From Candidatus Glassbacteria bacterium (GTDB lineage: Bacteria > Gemmatimonadota > CAZMKB01): a stretch of DNA of 51,487 nucleotides. Of the stretch, positions 1 through 8,979 are shown one piece after another (position 1 is the first letter of the stretch; every line of letters begins with the position of its first letter). The notes beneath the pieces were generated by a model, which saw only the letters and a program-made list of their open reading frames with translations, searched no databases and had not been told where the DNA came from. The stretch covers positions 1 to 51,487 of the forward strand of contig JBHIFB010000003.1 of the NCBI GenBank assembly GCA_046760905.1. Direction: 5' to 3'. A program made the position numbers and the translations under genes.

Positions 1-87
1 TTCCCAGAGTGATAATATGTTACCGTAATTGCGAACGCGACCACTAAGTTCCAGGAAAAAGGGGTAAAGTACACATATGGTTATCAC

Positions 88-116
88 TTGACGCTTATCG
101 TACGAAGTGATATTAT
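88..116 (+). promoter_or_regulatory. sigma70-type promoter candidate TTGACG-17 nt-TATTAT upstream of nudix-proS, nested in the inverted repeat TATCACTT-N15-AAGTGATA (82-112)
   Basis: TTGACG at 88-93, a 17-nt spacer at 94-110, TATTAT at 111-116. The 8-bp inverted repeat arms sit at 82-89 and 105-112. The whole element recurs at 4870-4904. Confidence 0.5.
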
Positions 117-203
117 ACCTGTGACTGCTCTTTGAGAGCGGGTTTATTTTTATTGTGAATAGTTCTACTTGATAAGGTCCCGCTATATTTGAAACTACGG
201 AAG

Positions 204-698
204 ATGGGATTTTCAGTAAGGGTTGCGGTGATCATAGTGAGAGAAGGGAGGATCTTACTCGCCCAGCACTCAAAGCAAGGATCCAGATACTGGGTCCTCC
301 CTGGTGGAAGGTTACAAAACGGCGAAAGCATCACAGACTGTGGTAGACGGGAGTTGTTTGAGGAGGCAGGGCTGGATGTTCGATTGGGGAATCTTCTCTA
401 TATTGGAGAATTTTTCGGTGAGGGTTTTCAGGTCCTAGATCTTTTTTTTCTCGGTGAGGCCACGAGTTGTGACACAACGCTCGGCCACGATCCCGAGGAT
501 ACCGGCCGGGCAAGAGTCTTGAGAAAGGTCAAATGGCACACACTCGATGAATTAAGGAAGGTGCTTCTACTGCCCGAGAGTGTTCATAGGGCACTTATTA
601 AGGATTGGCCCGGTGGCTTCAAGAGACGAGGCGTATACATAGGCTCTTCTAAAGAAGGGGCGTCGAAGGATGAATCTAAAACTCACCAAGAGAAGTGA
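204..698 (+). CDS. Nudix hydrolase
   Basis: ORF 189..698. Nudix box GGRLQNGESITDCGRRELFEEAGL. I prefer the ATG at 204 over the TTG at 189. The 3' end overlaps proS by 29 nt. Confidence 0.8.
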   Translation: MGFSVRVAVIIVREGRILLAQHSKQGSRYWVLPGGRLQNGESITDCGRRELFEEAGLDVRLGNLLYIGEFFGEGFQVLDLFFLGEATSCDTTLGHDPEDTGRARVLRKVKWHTLDELRKVLLLPESVHRALIKDWPGGFKRRGVYIGSSKEGASKDESKTHQEK

Positions 699-2100
699 AG
701 ATTACGCGAAGTGGTACACGGAAGTTGTGATGAGAGCGGAGCTGGCAGATTACGCCCCGGTGAAAGGGTGTATGGTGATTCGCCCCAACGGCTATGCGCT
801 CTGGGAGAAGATTCAGGCTGCCATCGATTCACTCATAAAGAAAACGGGTCACCAGAATGCGTATTTCCCGCTTTTCATACCGCAGAGTTTCATGGAGAGG
901 GAAGCTGAGCATGTGGAGGGTTTTGCCCCCGAATGTGCTGTTGTAACAGAGGGAGGTGGCAAGAAGCTCGAAGAGCCGCTGGTTGTGCGTCCCACTTCGG
1001 AAACAATAATCTACCACATGTTCGCCAAGTGGATAATGTCATACAGGGATCTTCCGCTGCTCATTAACCAGTGGGCGAATATCGTCCGGTGGGAAATGAG
1101 GACCCGCCTATTCCTCCGGACCACAGAGTTCCTCTGGCAGGAAGGCCATACTGCCCACGCGAGCTATGAAGAAGCCGAGGAGGAGACCCTGCGCATACTC
1201 GATCTCTACACAGAGTTCCTCGAAGACTGGATGGCGATCCCGGTCATCAGGGGTAAAAAGAGCGAGTCGGAGAAATTTGCAGGTGCACTTCACACATACT
1301 GTGTGGAAGCGATGATGCAGGATCGAAAGGCGCTCCAGGCCGGCACATCCCACAATCTGGGACAGAATTTTGCCCGGGTATTCGATGTGAAATATCAGAC
1401 AAAAGAGGGGCGGGAAGAATATGTCTGGAATACGAGCTGGGGGGTGAGCACGAGGCTCATCGGTGCCCTCGTCATGACTCACGGCGATGATATCGGGCTC
1501 ATAATACCTCCCAGATTGGCTCCGGTTCAGGCAGTCATCGTCCCCATCTGGACCAACGACGAGGAGAAGAGAGTCATCGAGCCTGAGGTTCGAAACATGC
1601 TGGAGAAGTACACAGACTCATTTACGATACGCGTCGATGACCGTACCGATCTAGCTCTCGGGAGAAGATTCTACCTCTGGGAGGAGAGAGGTGTGCCTCT
1701 CAGGATCGAGATAGGTCCGAAAGATGTTTCAGAGAAGAGTGTGCTCATGGTTCGAAGGGATACGGGGGAGAAGATGACTGTCCCTCTGGAACGGGTTGTG
1801 GCGGTAGTGGGGGAAGTGCTCGATTCGATTCAAGAAAATCTTTACATGAGAGCCAAAAAGTTAAGGGACGAAAATACTTACACGGTCGATGATTATGAGG
1901 CTTTCAGGAATGTCATGGAATCAGAGGGCGGGTTCATCTCGGCTCACTGGTGCGGCGGGCCGAATTGTGAGGAGGTGGTGAAGGAACAAACCAAGGCAAC
2001 AATCAGATGCATCCCATTCGACTCGGAGAATGAGGAGGGCAGATGCATAGTCTGCCAAAAGGCTTCGCCACAGAGGGTCATTTTCGCCAAAGCATACTGA
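670..2100 (+). CDS. proS: Prolyl-tRNA synthetase, archaeal/eukaryote-like type (no editing insertion, C-terminal Zn-binding domain ending in Tyr)
   Basis: 476-aa ORF. N-terminus KRSEDYAKWYTEVV...ADYAPVKGCMVIRPNGYALWE, class II core, C-terminus CIVCQKASPQRVIFAKAY. Confidence 0.92.
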   Translation: MNLKLTKRSEDYAKWYTEVVMRAELADYAPVKGCMVIRPNGYALWEKIQAAIDSLIKKTGHQNAYFPLFIPQSFMEREAEHVEGFAPECAVVTEGGGKKLEEPLVVRPTSETIIYHMFAKWIMSYRDLPLLINQWANIVRWEMRTRLFLRTTEFLWQEGHTAHASYEEAEEETLRILDLYTEFLEDWMAIPVIRGKKSESEKFAGALHTYCVEAMMQDRKALQAGTSHNLGQNFARVFDVKYQTKEGREEYVWNTSWGVSTRLIGALVMTHGDDIGLIIPPRLAPVQAVIVPIWTNDEEKRVIEPEVRNMLEKYTDSFTIRVDDRTDLALGRRFYLWEERGVPLRIEIGPKDVSEKSVLMVRRDTGEKMTVPLERVVAVVGEVLDSIQENLYMRAKKLRDENTYTVDDYEAFRNVMESEGGFISAHWCGGPNCEEVVKEQTKATIRCIPFDSENEEGRCIVCQKASPQRVIFAKAY

Positions 2101-2135
2101 ATAGAAAATAGCACTCAGAGAGAAGGAAAAAGCGG

Positions 2136-2293
2136 ATGGCGGGAGAGAAAGTACTTATTCTCGATTTCGGTTCACAGTATACACAGCTCATCGCAAGAAG
2201 GGTGAGGGAGATGGGGGTATACTCTGTCATAGAGAGGTATGATCACCCTGTTAGCGAATTCGATATATCGGTGAGCGTGATCACACTCTCCGG
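2136..2293 (+). pseudogene. guaA: Truncated 5' fragment of guaA (duplicate of 5200-5357)
   Basis: Nucleotides 2136-2264 (43 codons, [43 protein letters not shown]) are identical to 5200-5328. Similarity ends at 2293 and the frame then runs into unrelated GC-rich sequence. Confidence 0.85.
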
Positions 2294-2503
2294 TCGAGAA
2301 AAGGCGCCTTTATTTTGGCGAAGAAGGCCCTCTCGTGCCGCCTCCGGTTCACGTCTTTCTCTCCGACACGAAGCGTCACATAGTTATCACGGGACCGGAG
2401 AAGATAGAGCTCGTCAAGCTCGGGTGGATCGAGGGGATTCTGATATGAAAAAAGCGGGGCCGTCTAGGTGCCGTGTGTACCCCTTGGGCGGGGTTGCATT
2501 GAG

Positions 2504-3919
2504 ATGAGCCGGATCCAGACCGCTTCCCTCGTGGTGGGCGCCATCTTCTTCGTTTCTTTTCTTTTCGTGGCGGTTTCCTCTCTCCGCGAGGGTGAACGCC
2601 GTGCCGCGGGCCGTGCTTTGTTGCTCTGTCTGCTTCTCCCCATCCCATACACGGTCGCGGCCTTTTTACAGGATCACCCCGGCAGCGACATCTCTCTTGC
2701 TCTCCTGCTCCTCACCGTCTCAACCGTCCTCATCCTAATTCTCCCGGTACGGAGCTCGAAGCTGCAAGGAAGCGACACACCGAAACAGCGCATAGACGAG
2801 AGGGATGTCATGTTCTCGCGGCAGCTACTGGTCGAGGGAACGAGGAGGTTCGAAGAATACTACAGGGAAAATCCCAGCAAGAGGCTTCTCGACGACGAGT
2901 TCAGGTCCCGTCCCGGCCTTCTCGACCGGAAGGCGGCCCTTTATCACCCCCTAGCATTCCCAGCTGCAAAAGCTACTTTCGAAGTTGTTGAGGGCCTTCA
3001 CCCCCTGGTCGAAGGCGAACCCTCGAGTGAACGCCAGGCCTTCGACCCTCGCTCCCTCACCGAATTCATCAAGGAATGGGCCAGGGGAAACGGTGCGGCC
3101 TCTGTCGGCGTGACCGACGTCAGGGACTATCACCTCTATGAGAGGATCGGGCGCGGAGCAGATTACGGAAAGCCTGTGATCCTGGATCACAAATGGGCCA
3201 TCGCACTCACGGTGGAGATGCGTCTGGAAATGATATCCCGGGCACCCATGGCTCTCACCACGATGGAATCGGCCGAACGCTACCTCACCTCTGGAGCGAT
3301 GGCCGTTCAGATCGCCCGTTTCATCAGAACTCTCGGTTACCGGGCACGTGCCCATATCGACGGAAATTACCGTGTCGTATGCCCGCTCGTCGCGCGGGAC
3401 GCCGGACTAGGCGAGATAGCGAGGATGGGGCTTCTCATGACTCCGAGGTTCGGGCCCCGGGTGCGTATAGCTGTCGTCACGACCGACCTGCCTCTCCCTC
3501 CAGATGAGCCCTCGAGGGATGACACCGTGATCGACTTCTGCACGTTCTGTAGTAAATGCGCGGAAGCCTGCCCGGGCAGGGCCATACCCTTCGGAGGACG
3601 GGAGAGAGTGGAAGGCATACTCAGGTGGCGCATCGATTCGGAAGCGTGTTACACTCACTGGTGCAAGGTCGGAACCGACTGCGCGCGGTGCATTGCCGTG
3701 TGCCCCTATTCGCACCCGACGACCCTGATGCACAACGCTGTGAGATTTGGGGTGCGGACCTTCCCTCTCTTCAGGAGACTCGCAGTCGTCATGGATGATT
3801 TCTTATACGGCAGGAGGCCCCAACCTCACCCGCTTCCTCGATGGATGGAAGCATGCGGCATCGAGGGCACGCGGGTGGAGAGTCTTTCTGACGGGGACAT
3901 CCGGGACCCGCTGCTTTGA
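2504..3919 (+). CDS. Membrane-anchored reductive-dehalogenase-like / QueG-like protein with two 4Fe-4S cluster motifs
   Basis: ORF 2468..3919, with the ATG at 2504 preferred. The N-terminus has about three hydrophobic helices ([45 protein letters not shown]). C-terminal motifs are [17 protein letters not shown] and C[14 protein letters not shown]. No twin-arginine signal is visible. Confidence 0.6.
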   Translation: MSRIQTASLVVGAIFFVSFLFVAVSSLREGERRAAGRALLLCLLLPIPYTVAAFLQDHPGSDISLALLLLTVSTVLILILPVRSSKLQGSDTPKQRIDERDVMFSRQLLVEGTRRFEEYYRENPSKRLLDDEFRSRPGLLDRKAALYHPLAFPAAKATFEVVEGLHPLVEGEPSSERQAFDPRSLTEFIKEWARGNGAASVGVTDVRDYHLYERIGRGADYGKPVILDHKWAIALTVEMRLEMISRAPMALTTMESAERYLTSGAMAVQIARFIRTLGYRARAHIDGNYRVVCPLVARDAGLGEIARMGLLMTPRFGPRVRIAVVTTDLPLPPDEPSRDDTVIDFCTFCSKCAEACPGRAIPFGGRERVEGILRWRIDSEACYTHWCKVGTDCARCIAVCPYSHPTTLMHNAVRFGVRTFPLFRRLAVVMDDFLYGRRPQPHPLPRWMEACGIEGTRVESLSDGDIRDPLL

Positions 3920-3933
3920 GGAGGAGAATTCAG

Positions 3934-4704
3934 GTGAGAAATCGCCTTCTTCTTCTAACGGTCATGATAATATTGCCGGCCGCAGGATGCCAAGAGGAGG
4001 AACCGCTGGCCCCATACGGCGGCTGGCCTCCTTCCGGTGTTCTTTTCATCGGAAACAGTTACACCTCTTACAACGGCGGCCTCGACGCGCTCGTCGAGGG
4101 GCTCGTCGAAACGGGGATCCCTTCGCATGATATAGAGACGGGAATCGTTGCCCCTTCAGGGTACACTCTCTCCATGCACGCTGAGAGCCGGGAAACACGG
4201 GAGGCGATTGCAGACGGCGACTGGGATGTCGTGGTGATTCAGGAACAGAGCACGACTCCCCTTACCAATCCGGAGGCGATGTTCAACGCCGCACGGGAGA
4301 TCGACCGGTTCATAAGAGAATCGGGGGCACAGACAGTTCTGTTCATGACATGGGCCCGCGAGGCGAGCCCCGGGACGATCGAGGGGATCGCGGCCGTCTA
4401 CGACTCGCTCGGCGAGGAGCTGGGCGCACCGGTCGCCCCTGTCGGAAGGGCTTTCAGCCTGGCCCTCGAGAGAAGACCGGATATCGGGCTCTACGATCCG
4501 GACGGGAGCCACCCGGATGCAAGAGGAAGCTACCTTGCAGCATGCCTTTTCTATGCCTTCCTCTGGGGGGAAGATCCCCGGGGAAACGTGTTCACTGCAG
4601 ACCTCGTACTCGAGCCTGCGGAGAGGAGTTTCCTCCAGGAGATCGCGTGGGAAGTCATCGACACGAAACCGGGACTCTTCACACAACAAACGAAGTCTAG
4701 ATGA
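3934..4704 (+). CDS. SGNH/GDSL-like hydrolase lipoprotein
   Basis: ORF 3916..4704. A GTG at 3934 follows GAGGAGGAG. Signal peptide with lipobox MRNRLLLLTVMIILPAAGC. Block I-like VLFIGNSYT, DVVVIQEQS, block V-like DGSHPDARGSYLAA. Confidence 0.55.
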   Translation: MRNRLLLLTVMIILPAAGCQEEEPLAPYGGWPPSGVLFIGNSYTSYNGGLDALVEGLVETGIPSHDIETGIVAPSGYTLSMHAESRETREAIADGDWDVVVIQEQSTTPLTNPEAMFNAAREIDRFIRESGAQTVLFMTWAREASPGTIEGIAAVYDSLGEELGAPVAPVGRAFSLALERRPDIGLYDPDGSHPDARGSYLAACLFYAFLWGEDPRGNVFTADLVLEPAERSFLQEIAWEVIDTKPGLFTQQTKSR

Positions 4705-4875
4705 AACGACTGTCTTTGTGTGCGGCGGTTCCCGCAATCCTCGCATCCTCTCTTGGAGCGAAGACGGCCGCATCTCTTTATGCCCCGAAGGCGACATGCA
4801 TTGCCTCACCCAGTTCACGGCGGAGGCAAGTTGAACCTCATTCTCATTGGGTAGGGGTCTTGGTATAGCTATCAC

Positions 4876-4904
4876 TTGACGCTTATCGTATGAAGTGATA
4901 TTAT
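4876..4904 (+). promoter_or_regulatory. Duplicate of the nudix-proS promoter, now the nearest promoter upstream of the intact guaA
   Basis: TTGACG at 4876-4881, a 17-nt spacer, TATTAT at 4899-4904. The inverted repeat TATCACTT/AAGTGATA is retained at 4870-4877 and 4893-4900. Confidence 0.5.
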
Positions 4905-4991
4905 ACCTGTGACTGCTCTTTGAGAGCGGGTATGTTTTTATTGTGAATAGTACTAATTGAGAAAGCCCCGCTATATTTTAAGCTACGGAAG

Positions 4992-5164
4992 ATGGGATTT
5001 TCATTAAGGGTCGCGGTGATCATAGTGAGAGAAGGGAGGATCTTACTCGCCCGGCACTGAAGACTGGATAGCGATCCCCGTCATCAGGGGTAAAAAGAGC
5101 GAGTCGGAGAAATTTGCAGAAGCACGTCAAATCACAGAGGGTAGTCTTCGCCAAAGCATACTGA
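4992..5164 (+). pseudogene. Relics of nudix (22 codons, stop at 5058-5060) fused to two scraps of proS (5059-5119 and 5133-5164)
   Basis: 4992-5057 encodes MGFSLRVAVIIVREGRILLARH, compared with MGFSVRVAVIIVREGRILLAQH in the intact gene. The proS scraps include the terminal ...FAKAY-TGA region. Confidence 0.85.
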
Positions 5165-5199
5165 ATAGAAAATAGAACTCAGAGAGAAGGAAAGAGCGG

Positions 5200-6738
5200 A
5201 TGGCGGGAGAGAAAGTACTTATTCTCGATTTCGGTTCACAGTATACACAGCTCATCGCAAGAAGGGTGAGGGAGATGGGGGTATACTCTGTCATAGAGAG
5301 GTATGATCACCCTGTTAGCGAATTCGATCCATCGGTGAGTGCGATCATACTCTCCGGGGGGCCATCCAGCATATACGAAAGTGACGCTCCAAGATGCTCT
5401 CCTGAAATCCTGCAACTGGGTAAACCCATTCTCGGGATTTGCTATGGGATGCAAGTCACAGCACACGTTCTCGGTTGTCCAATAGTTAAAGGAGGCAGGA
5501 GTGAATACGGGGAGACGCTTCTTACGATCGTGGAGCCCGACCTCCTCTTTGACGGCTTCGATAAGGGCGAGACGACACGTGTTTGGATGAGTCATAAAGA
5601 CAGGGTGGAGGAGCTGCCGCCTGGATTCAGGCTCCTGGCACATACAGAGAACTCGCATATAGCTTCTTTCGGGAACCTCGAGAAGAAGATATACGGAGTA
5701 CAGTTTCATCCTGAGGTTATTCATACAGTAAGAGGTATGGATGTCCTCAGGAATTTTCTTTTCCGAATATGCCGGCTGAAAGGGGACTGGAGCCTTGGCG
5801 ATTTCATCGAGGAGGCCATGGAGGGAATTCGGACAGTTGTTGCGAATGGGAAGGCCATAGGCGCGATGAGCGGCGGGGTGGATTCTTCGGTCGCCTCACT
5901 GCTCGCCCACAGAGCTATCGGGAAAAACTACATCCCAATCTTCGTGGATACCGGGCTGCTCAGGTCTGGTGACAGGGAGAGGGTGGAATCCCTTGGCAGG
6001 GAATTCCAGATCACACCTCACATTATAGATGCAGAGGAAGATTTCCTGAGAAGGCTTAAGGGTGTCACAGATCCTGAAGAGAAGAGGCGCCGAATCGGGA
6101 ACATGTTCATCGAAATCTTCGAGACGGAAGCGGCCAGGGAAGGAGGTATCGAGTACCTCATACAGGGAACGCTTTATCCTGACGTAATAGAGAGTCTCTC
6201 CGTTCGAGGACCATCCTCTACGATCAAGACTCACCATAACGTCGGAGGTTTGCCAGACAATGTACCGTTCACTCTCATCGAGCCACTGAAAGAGCTGTTC
6301 AAGGATGAAGTGAGAGAGGTGGGGAGGGCACTCGGCGCTTCAGATCAGATCCTAGGAAGGCATCCTTTCCCCGGGCCTGGACTCGCGGTGAGGATCCTGG
6401 GTGAGGTCACAAGGGAGGCTCTCACGACTCTCAGATCAGCGGACCGGATATTCATTGAAGAGATAGAAGCAATGGGAATCTATGACGAGATCTGGCAGGC
6501 TTTTGCCGTGCTTCTGCCCGTAAGATCAGTTGGTGTGATGGGTGATGAGCGGACATATGAAAATGTTGTGGCTTTGAGGGCCGTTACCAGTCGTGACGGC
6601 ATGACGGCTGATTGGTACCGCTTCACGGGAGAACAGTTGGGCCACATCTCCAACAGGATTGTAAACGAGGTCGAGGGGGTGAATCGGGTGGTCTATGACG
6701 TGAGCTCAAAACCACCTAGCACCATCGAATGGGAATGA
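5200..6738 (+). CDS. guaA: GMP synthase (glutamine-hydrolysing)
   Basis: 512 aa. GATase catalytic motif ILGICYGMQ, ATP-PPase P-loop SGGVDSS, C-terminus PPSTIEWE. Confidence 0.95.
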   Translation: MAGEKVLILDFGSQYTQLIARRVREMGVYSVIERYDHPVSEFDPSVSAIILSGGPSSIYESDAPRCSPEILQLGKPILGICYGMQVTAHVLGCPIVKGGRSEYGETLLTIVEPDLLFDGFDKGETTRVWMSHKDRVEELPPGFRLLAHTENSHIASFGNLEKKIYGVQFHPEVIHTVRGMDVLRNFLFRICRLKGDWSLGDFIEEAMEGIRTVVANGKAIGAMSGGVDSSVASLLAHRAIGKNYIPIFVDTGLLRSGDRERVESLGREFQITPHIIDAEEDFLRRLKGVTDPEEKRRRIGNMFIEIFETEAAREGGIEYLIQGTLYPDVIESLSVRGPSSTIKTHHNVGGLPDNVPFTLIEPLKELFKDEVREVGRALGASDQILGRHPFPGPGLAVRILGEVTREALTTLRSADRIFIEEIEAMGIYDEIWQAFAVLLPVRSVGVMGDERTYENVVALRAVTSRDGMTADWYRFTGEQLGHISNRIVNEVEGVNRVVYDVSSKPPSTIEWE

Positions 6739-6741
6739 GTT

Positions 6742-7119
6742 TCAGTTCTCGGTTTGACTATTCTCCTGTTCGGGCGGTTCGAGTCTCCTGTTGATAGTAT
6801 CAAGCAGATTACTCCAGAACTCCGGTTCCTTGTGGGTGTTGGTGATGAATGAGACGAGATGTTCTTCGGTGATGCCGTGAGAAGAGAGATACTCATCACG
6901 TCTTTTTTTGAATAGCTCCCAATCGCCGCCGCACTCTCTCTCGATGAGAGTGAGCGACACATAATGTTCCACGAACTCATCAGTAGTGAGCAGAACTTGA
7001 GGTGTTTGCTTCTCTTTTGAAACGACGTGGCTGCTTGTATCCTCCTCTTCCTTCTGGAAGCGTGTGGGGGTTCCTTGTACCAGTTGTAGTATGATGAGCG
7101 CTAAGAAAATCGTATTCAC
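6742..7119 (-). CDS. Hypothetical small secreted protein
   Basis: 125-aa ORF with a signal-like N-terminus (MNTIFLALIILQLVQG) and no recognisable domain. It sits only 35 nt from the divergent PilZ gene, so coding status is uncertain. Confidence 0.4.
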   Translation of the reverse strand: MNTIFLALIILQLVQGTPTRFQKEEEDTSSHVVSKEKQTPQVLLTTDEFVEHYVSLTLIERECGGDWELFKKRRDEYLSSHGITEEHLVSFITNTHKEPEFWSNLLDTINRRLEPPEQENSQTEN

Positions 7120-7154
7120 TTCTCATTCCTCGTCCTTGCAAAGGAGCGATCCGT

Positions 7155-7523
7155 ATGACTGAAAGGCGAAGGTATGAAAGGATCAAAATCCAGCTCACAG
7201 GGTCCATTAAAGATAGGGAGATCGAACGGGGTCTTACGAGACCTTCCGTGGCGATACTCGATCTCAGCCTTGGAGGAGCCTACTGTGAGATTGGACGCTA
7301 CCTGCCCCCCCTTACGAAAGTTATGCTCAGCCTCAACTTTCCCGGTGATGCCGAGGAAGAGGCTGCGGTGTGCCGGGGAGTCGTAGTCAGAGTTGAACCA
7401 GAAGAGGAGGAAGCGGAGAGGGAGAACTATAAAGTCGGTATCCTTTTCACGGAGATATCCAGGGAAGACAGGGATAAGCTCAAACATTTTCTCGGGCGCC
7501 AGCTGGAAAAGGGTTCCGGATAA
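7155..7523 (+). CDS. Single-domain PilZ protein (c-di-GMP receptor type)
   Basis: RxxxR motif within RRRYERI, and D-x-S-x-x-G motif DLSLGG. Confidence 0.7.
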   Translation: MTERRRYERIKIQLTGSIKDREIERGLTRPSVAILDLSLGGAYCEIGRYLPPLTKVMLSLNFPGDAEEEAAVCRGVVVRVEPEEEEAERENYKVGILFTEISREDRDKLKHFLGRQLEKGSG

Positions 7524-7662
7524 CCTGGTCACTCTCCCTTCATCATAAAGTGATTCGCCTCTCAAGTCAACAATCTATTATCAGAATTTTCCTCACACGT
7601 TTTATAATTAATTTAAGAGCCAGAATTTAAAACAGCATGGTTAAGAATCGAGCTACCGAGCC

Positions 7663-8979
7663 CTAATCGTTTTTCAGCAGATTTTCAGGGAGGATCCTCT
7701 CAAGCTGCTCGGTGATCTGGGAGCTCTCCGAATCGGTGAAAGGCTTCTTTCGGAAGCTATCGTTACCGTATCCGATGACGATTATCTCGGGAACCCTGAG
7801 CAGCAGGAAGATTACGATCGCCCATTGCATCAACCTTCGCCACTTCGTCCATTTTTCTGTAATCCAACACGCCAGAGGAATGGAAGCGGCATGTAGTGCT
7901 ATGACGACATGCCAGCCCTGAATCGTTACCGGTGAGAAAGCGCTGGAGATAACTACAGCCAGAAAGCAATTAAACGCATAGGAATGGAGCCGGTTCCAGC
8001 TCTCTTTCAGATCACATTCCGGTCTCTTTCGTCTGAAGAACCACCATGATGCTGCCAGAGACAGTATGATAGTTATAACCGTAAGCGCATAGAGCACAAT
8101 GACCGCGAACTGTAGGATCCTTCTTGCCGGATCATCACCTATCCAGTTGCTATCAAGGAAGATGACATGTCGTAGGCGTCTACCGATATCAAGCGATCCA
8201 AGCCTGAACCAGTACAGAATTCCACGCAGAACAGGATATACTGTTACAAGCCCACGGCCAATGAAGCTCTGTGTGGGAAGAAAATTATGTAAGCTCCCTC
8301 GTGTTATGGCCATGATAGTGGGAATGAGTGGAATCGCTCCAATCACAACGCCGAGAAGAGCACCGGCCGCATTGATCCTGATGGATTTTCTGATGTACAG
8401 AAGCAACGTCAGGATAACGAGTATCAGGAAAGAGCCGTGTAACTGGGATGTAAGCACAAGGATTGCTGTGAGACCTGCGGAAGCGCCCAGATTTGCACGA
8501 TCCATAAGCTTCCATACTGACCAGAAATGGATGGCCGCTGGAAGGAAGAGGAATGATGGCTCCCAGACGAAGCCGGAGTGATATAAGCGCCACGGAGACA
8601 ACCAGTAAACTATGAGGAAAACGAGGGTGAGCCGCACCCCGGTCTGTCTCAGAATAATACTCACAAGAAGGAGAGCGGAAATGACATGGAACAGTCCAAT
8701 TAGAGCGACCGGGGCGCGGTAATCTGGCCATATCCTGAGCGGAAGACCTATCAGAAGTTGAAGAAGGCATCCGGGAATAGGTGCGCCTCCCGGCGCAAAT
8801 TTGGAAATCGGTGCAAGCTCACCGGTTTTTGCATAGCCGAGACCCAGCTTGAGAAGAGTGATCTGGTCACCGTGGATCCAGCTCCTGAACATAAGAAAGA
8901 GTTGAATAGAAACACCCAGGATAAAGACCGCAATAATCGCCAGAATATACATGTATCGGGATCGGTTTGTATTTTTCAT
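7663..8979 (-). CDS. Polytopic membrane protein, possibly a GT-C-fold (ArnT/PMT-like) glycosyltransferase
   Basis: 438 aa with more than 10 hydrophobic segments and an acidic first loop (WIHGDQ). The functional assignment is weak. Confidence 0.45.
   Translation of the reverse strand: MKNTNRSRYMYILAIIAVFILGVSIQLFLMFRSWIHGDQITLLKLGLGYAKTGELAPISKFAPGGAPIPGCLLQLLIGLPLRIWPDYRAPVALIGLFHVISALLLVSIILRQTGVRLTLVFLIVYWLSPWRLYHSGFVWEPSFLFLPAAIHFWSVWKLMDRANLGASAGLTAILVLTSQLHGSFLILVILTLLLYIRKSIRINAAGALLGVVIGAIPLIPTIMAITRGSLHNFLPTQSFIGRGLVTVYPVLRGILYWFRLGSLDIGRRLRHVIFLDSNWIGDDPARRILQFAVIVLYALTVITIILSLAASWWFFRRKRPECDLKESWNRLHSYAFNCFLAVVISSAFSPVTIQGWHVVIALHAASIPLACWITEKWTKWRRLMQWAIVIFLLLRVPEIIVIGYGNDSFRKKPFTDSESSQITEQLERILPENLLKND

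Larger units (their letters stand above)
4870..5357 (+). repeat. Diverged, internally deleted second copy of 82-2293 (direct repeat flanking the insert at 2294-4869)
   Basis: Collinear blocks: 82-270 matches 4870-5058, 1222-1282 matches 5059-5119, and 2069-2293 matches 5133-5357. Offsets are constant within each block, with scattered substitutions. Confidence 0.9.

Noticed and set aside
127-184. Leader hairpin plus T-run as a T-box or attenuator for proS.
   Set aside because: The stem is only 5 bp, and the leader (about 87 nt) is far too short for a T-box. I kept it only as a side note under the promoter-capture finding.
2300-2445. Minus-strand frame reading ...[25 protein letters not shown]..., which resembles part of a LytTR DNA-binding domain. 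It could be a relic at the left edge of the insert.
   Set aside because: Only about 25 residues match loosely. There is no start codon, and a stop lies just upstream. I cannot support it without a profile search.
2136-2507. 123-aa ORF that could be read as a novel gene.
   Set aside because: Its first 43 codons are an exact copy of the guaA start. The rest is out-of-context read-through into the insert. I treat it as a truncated pseudogene.
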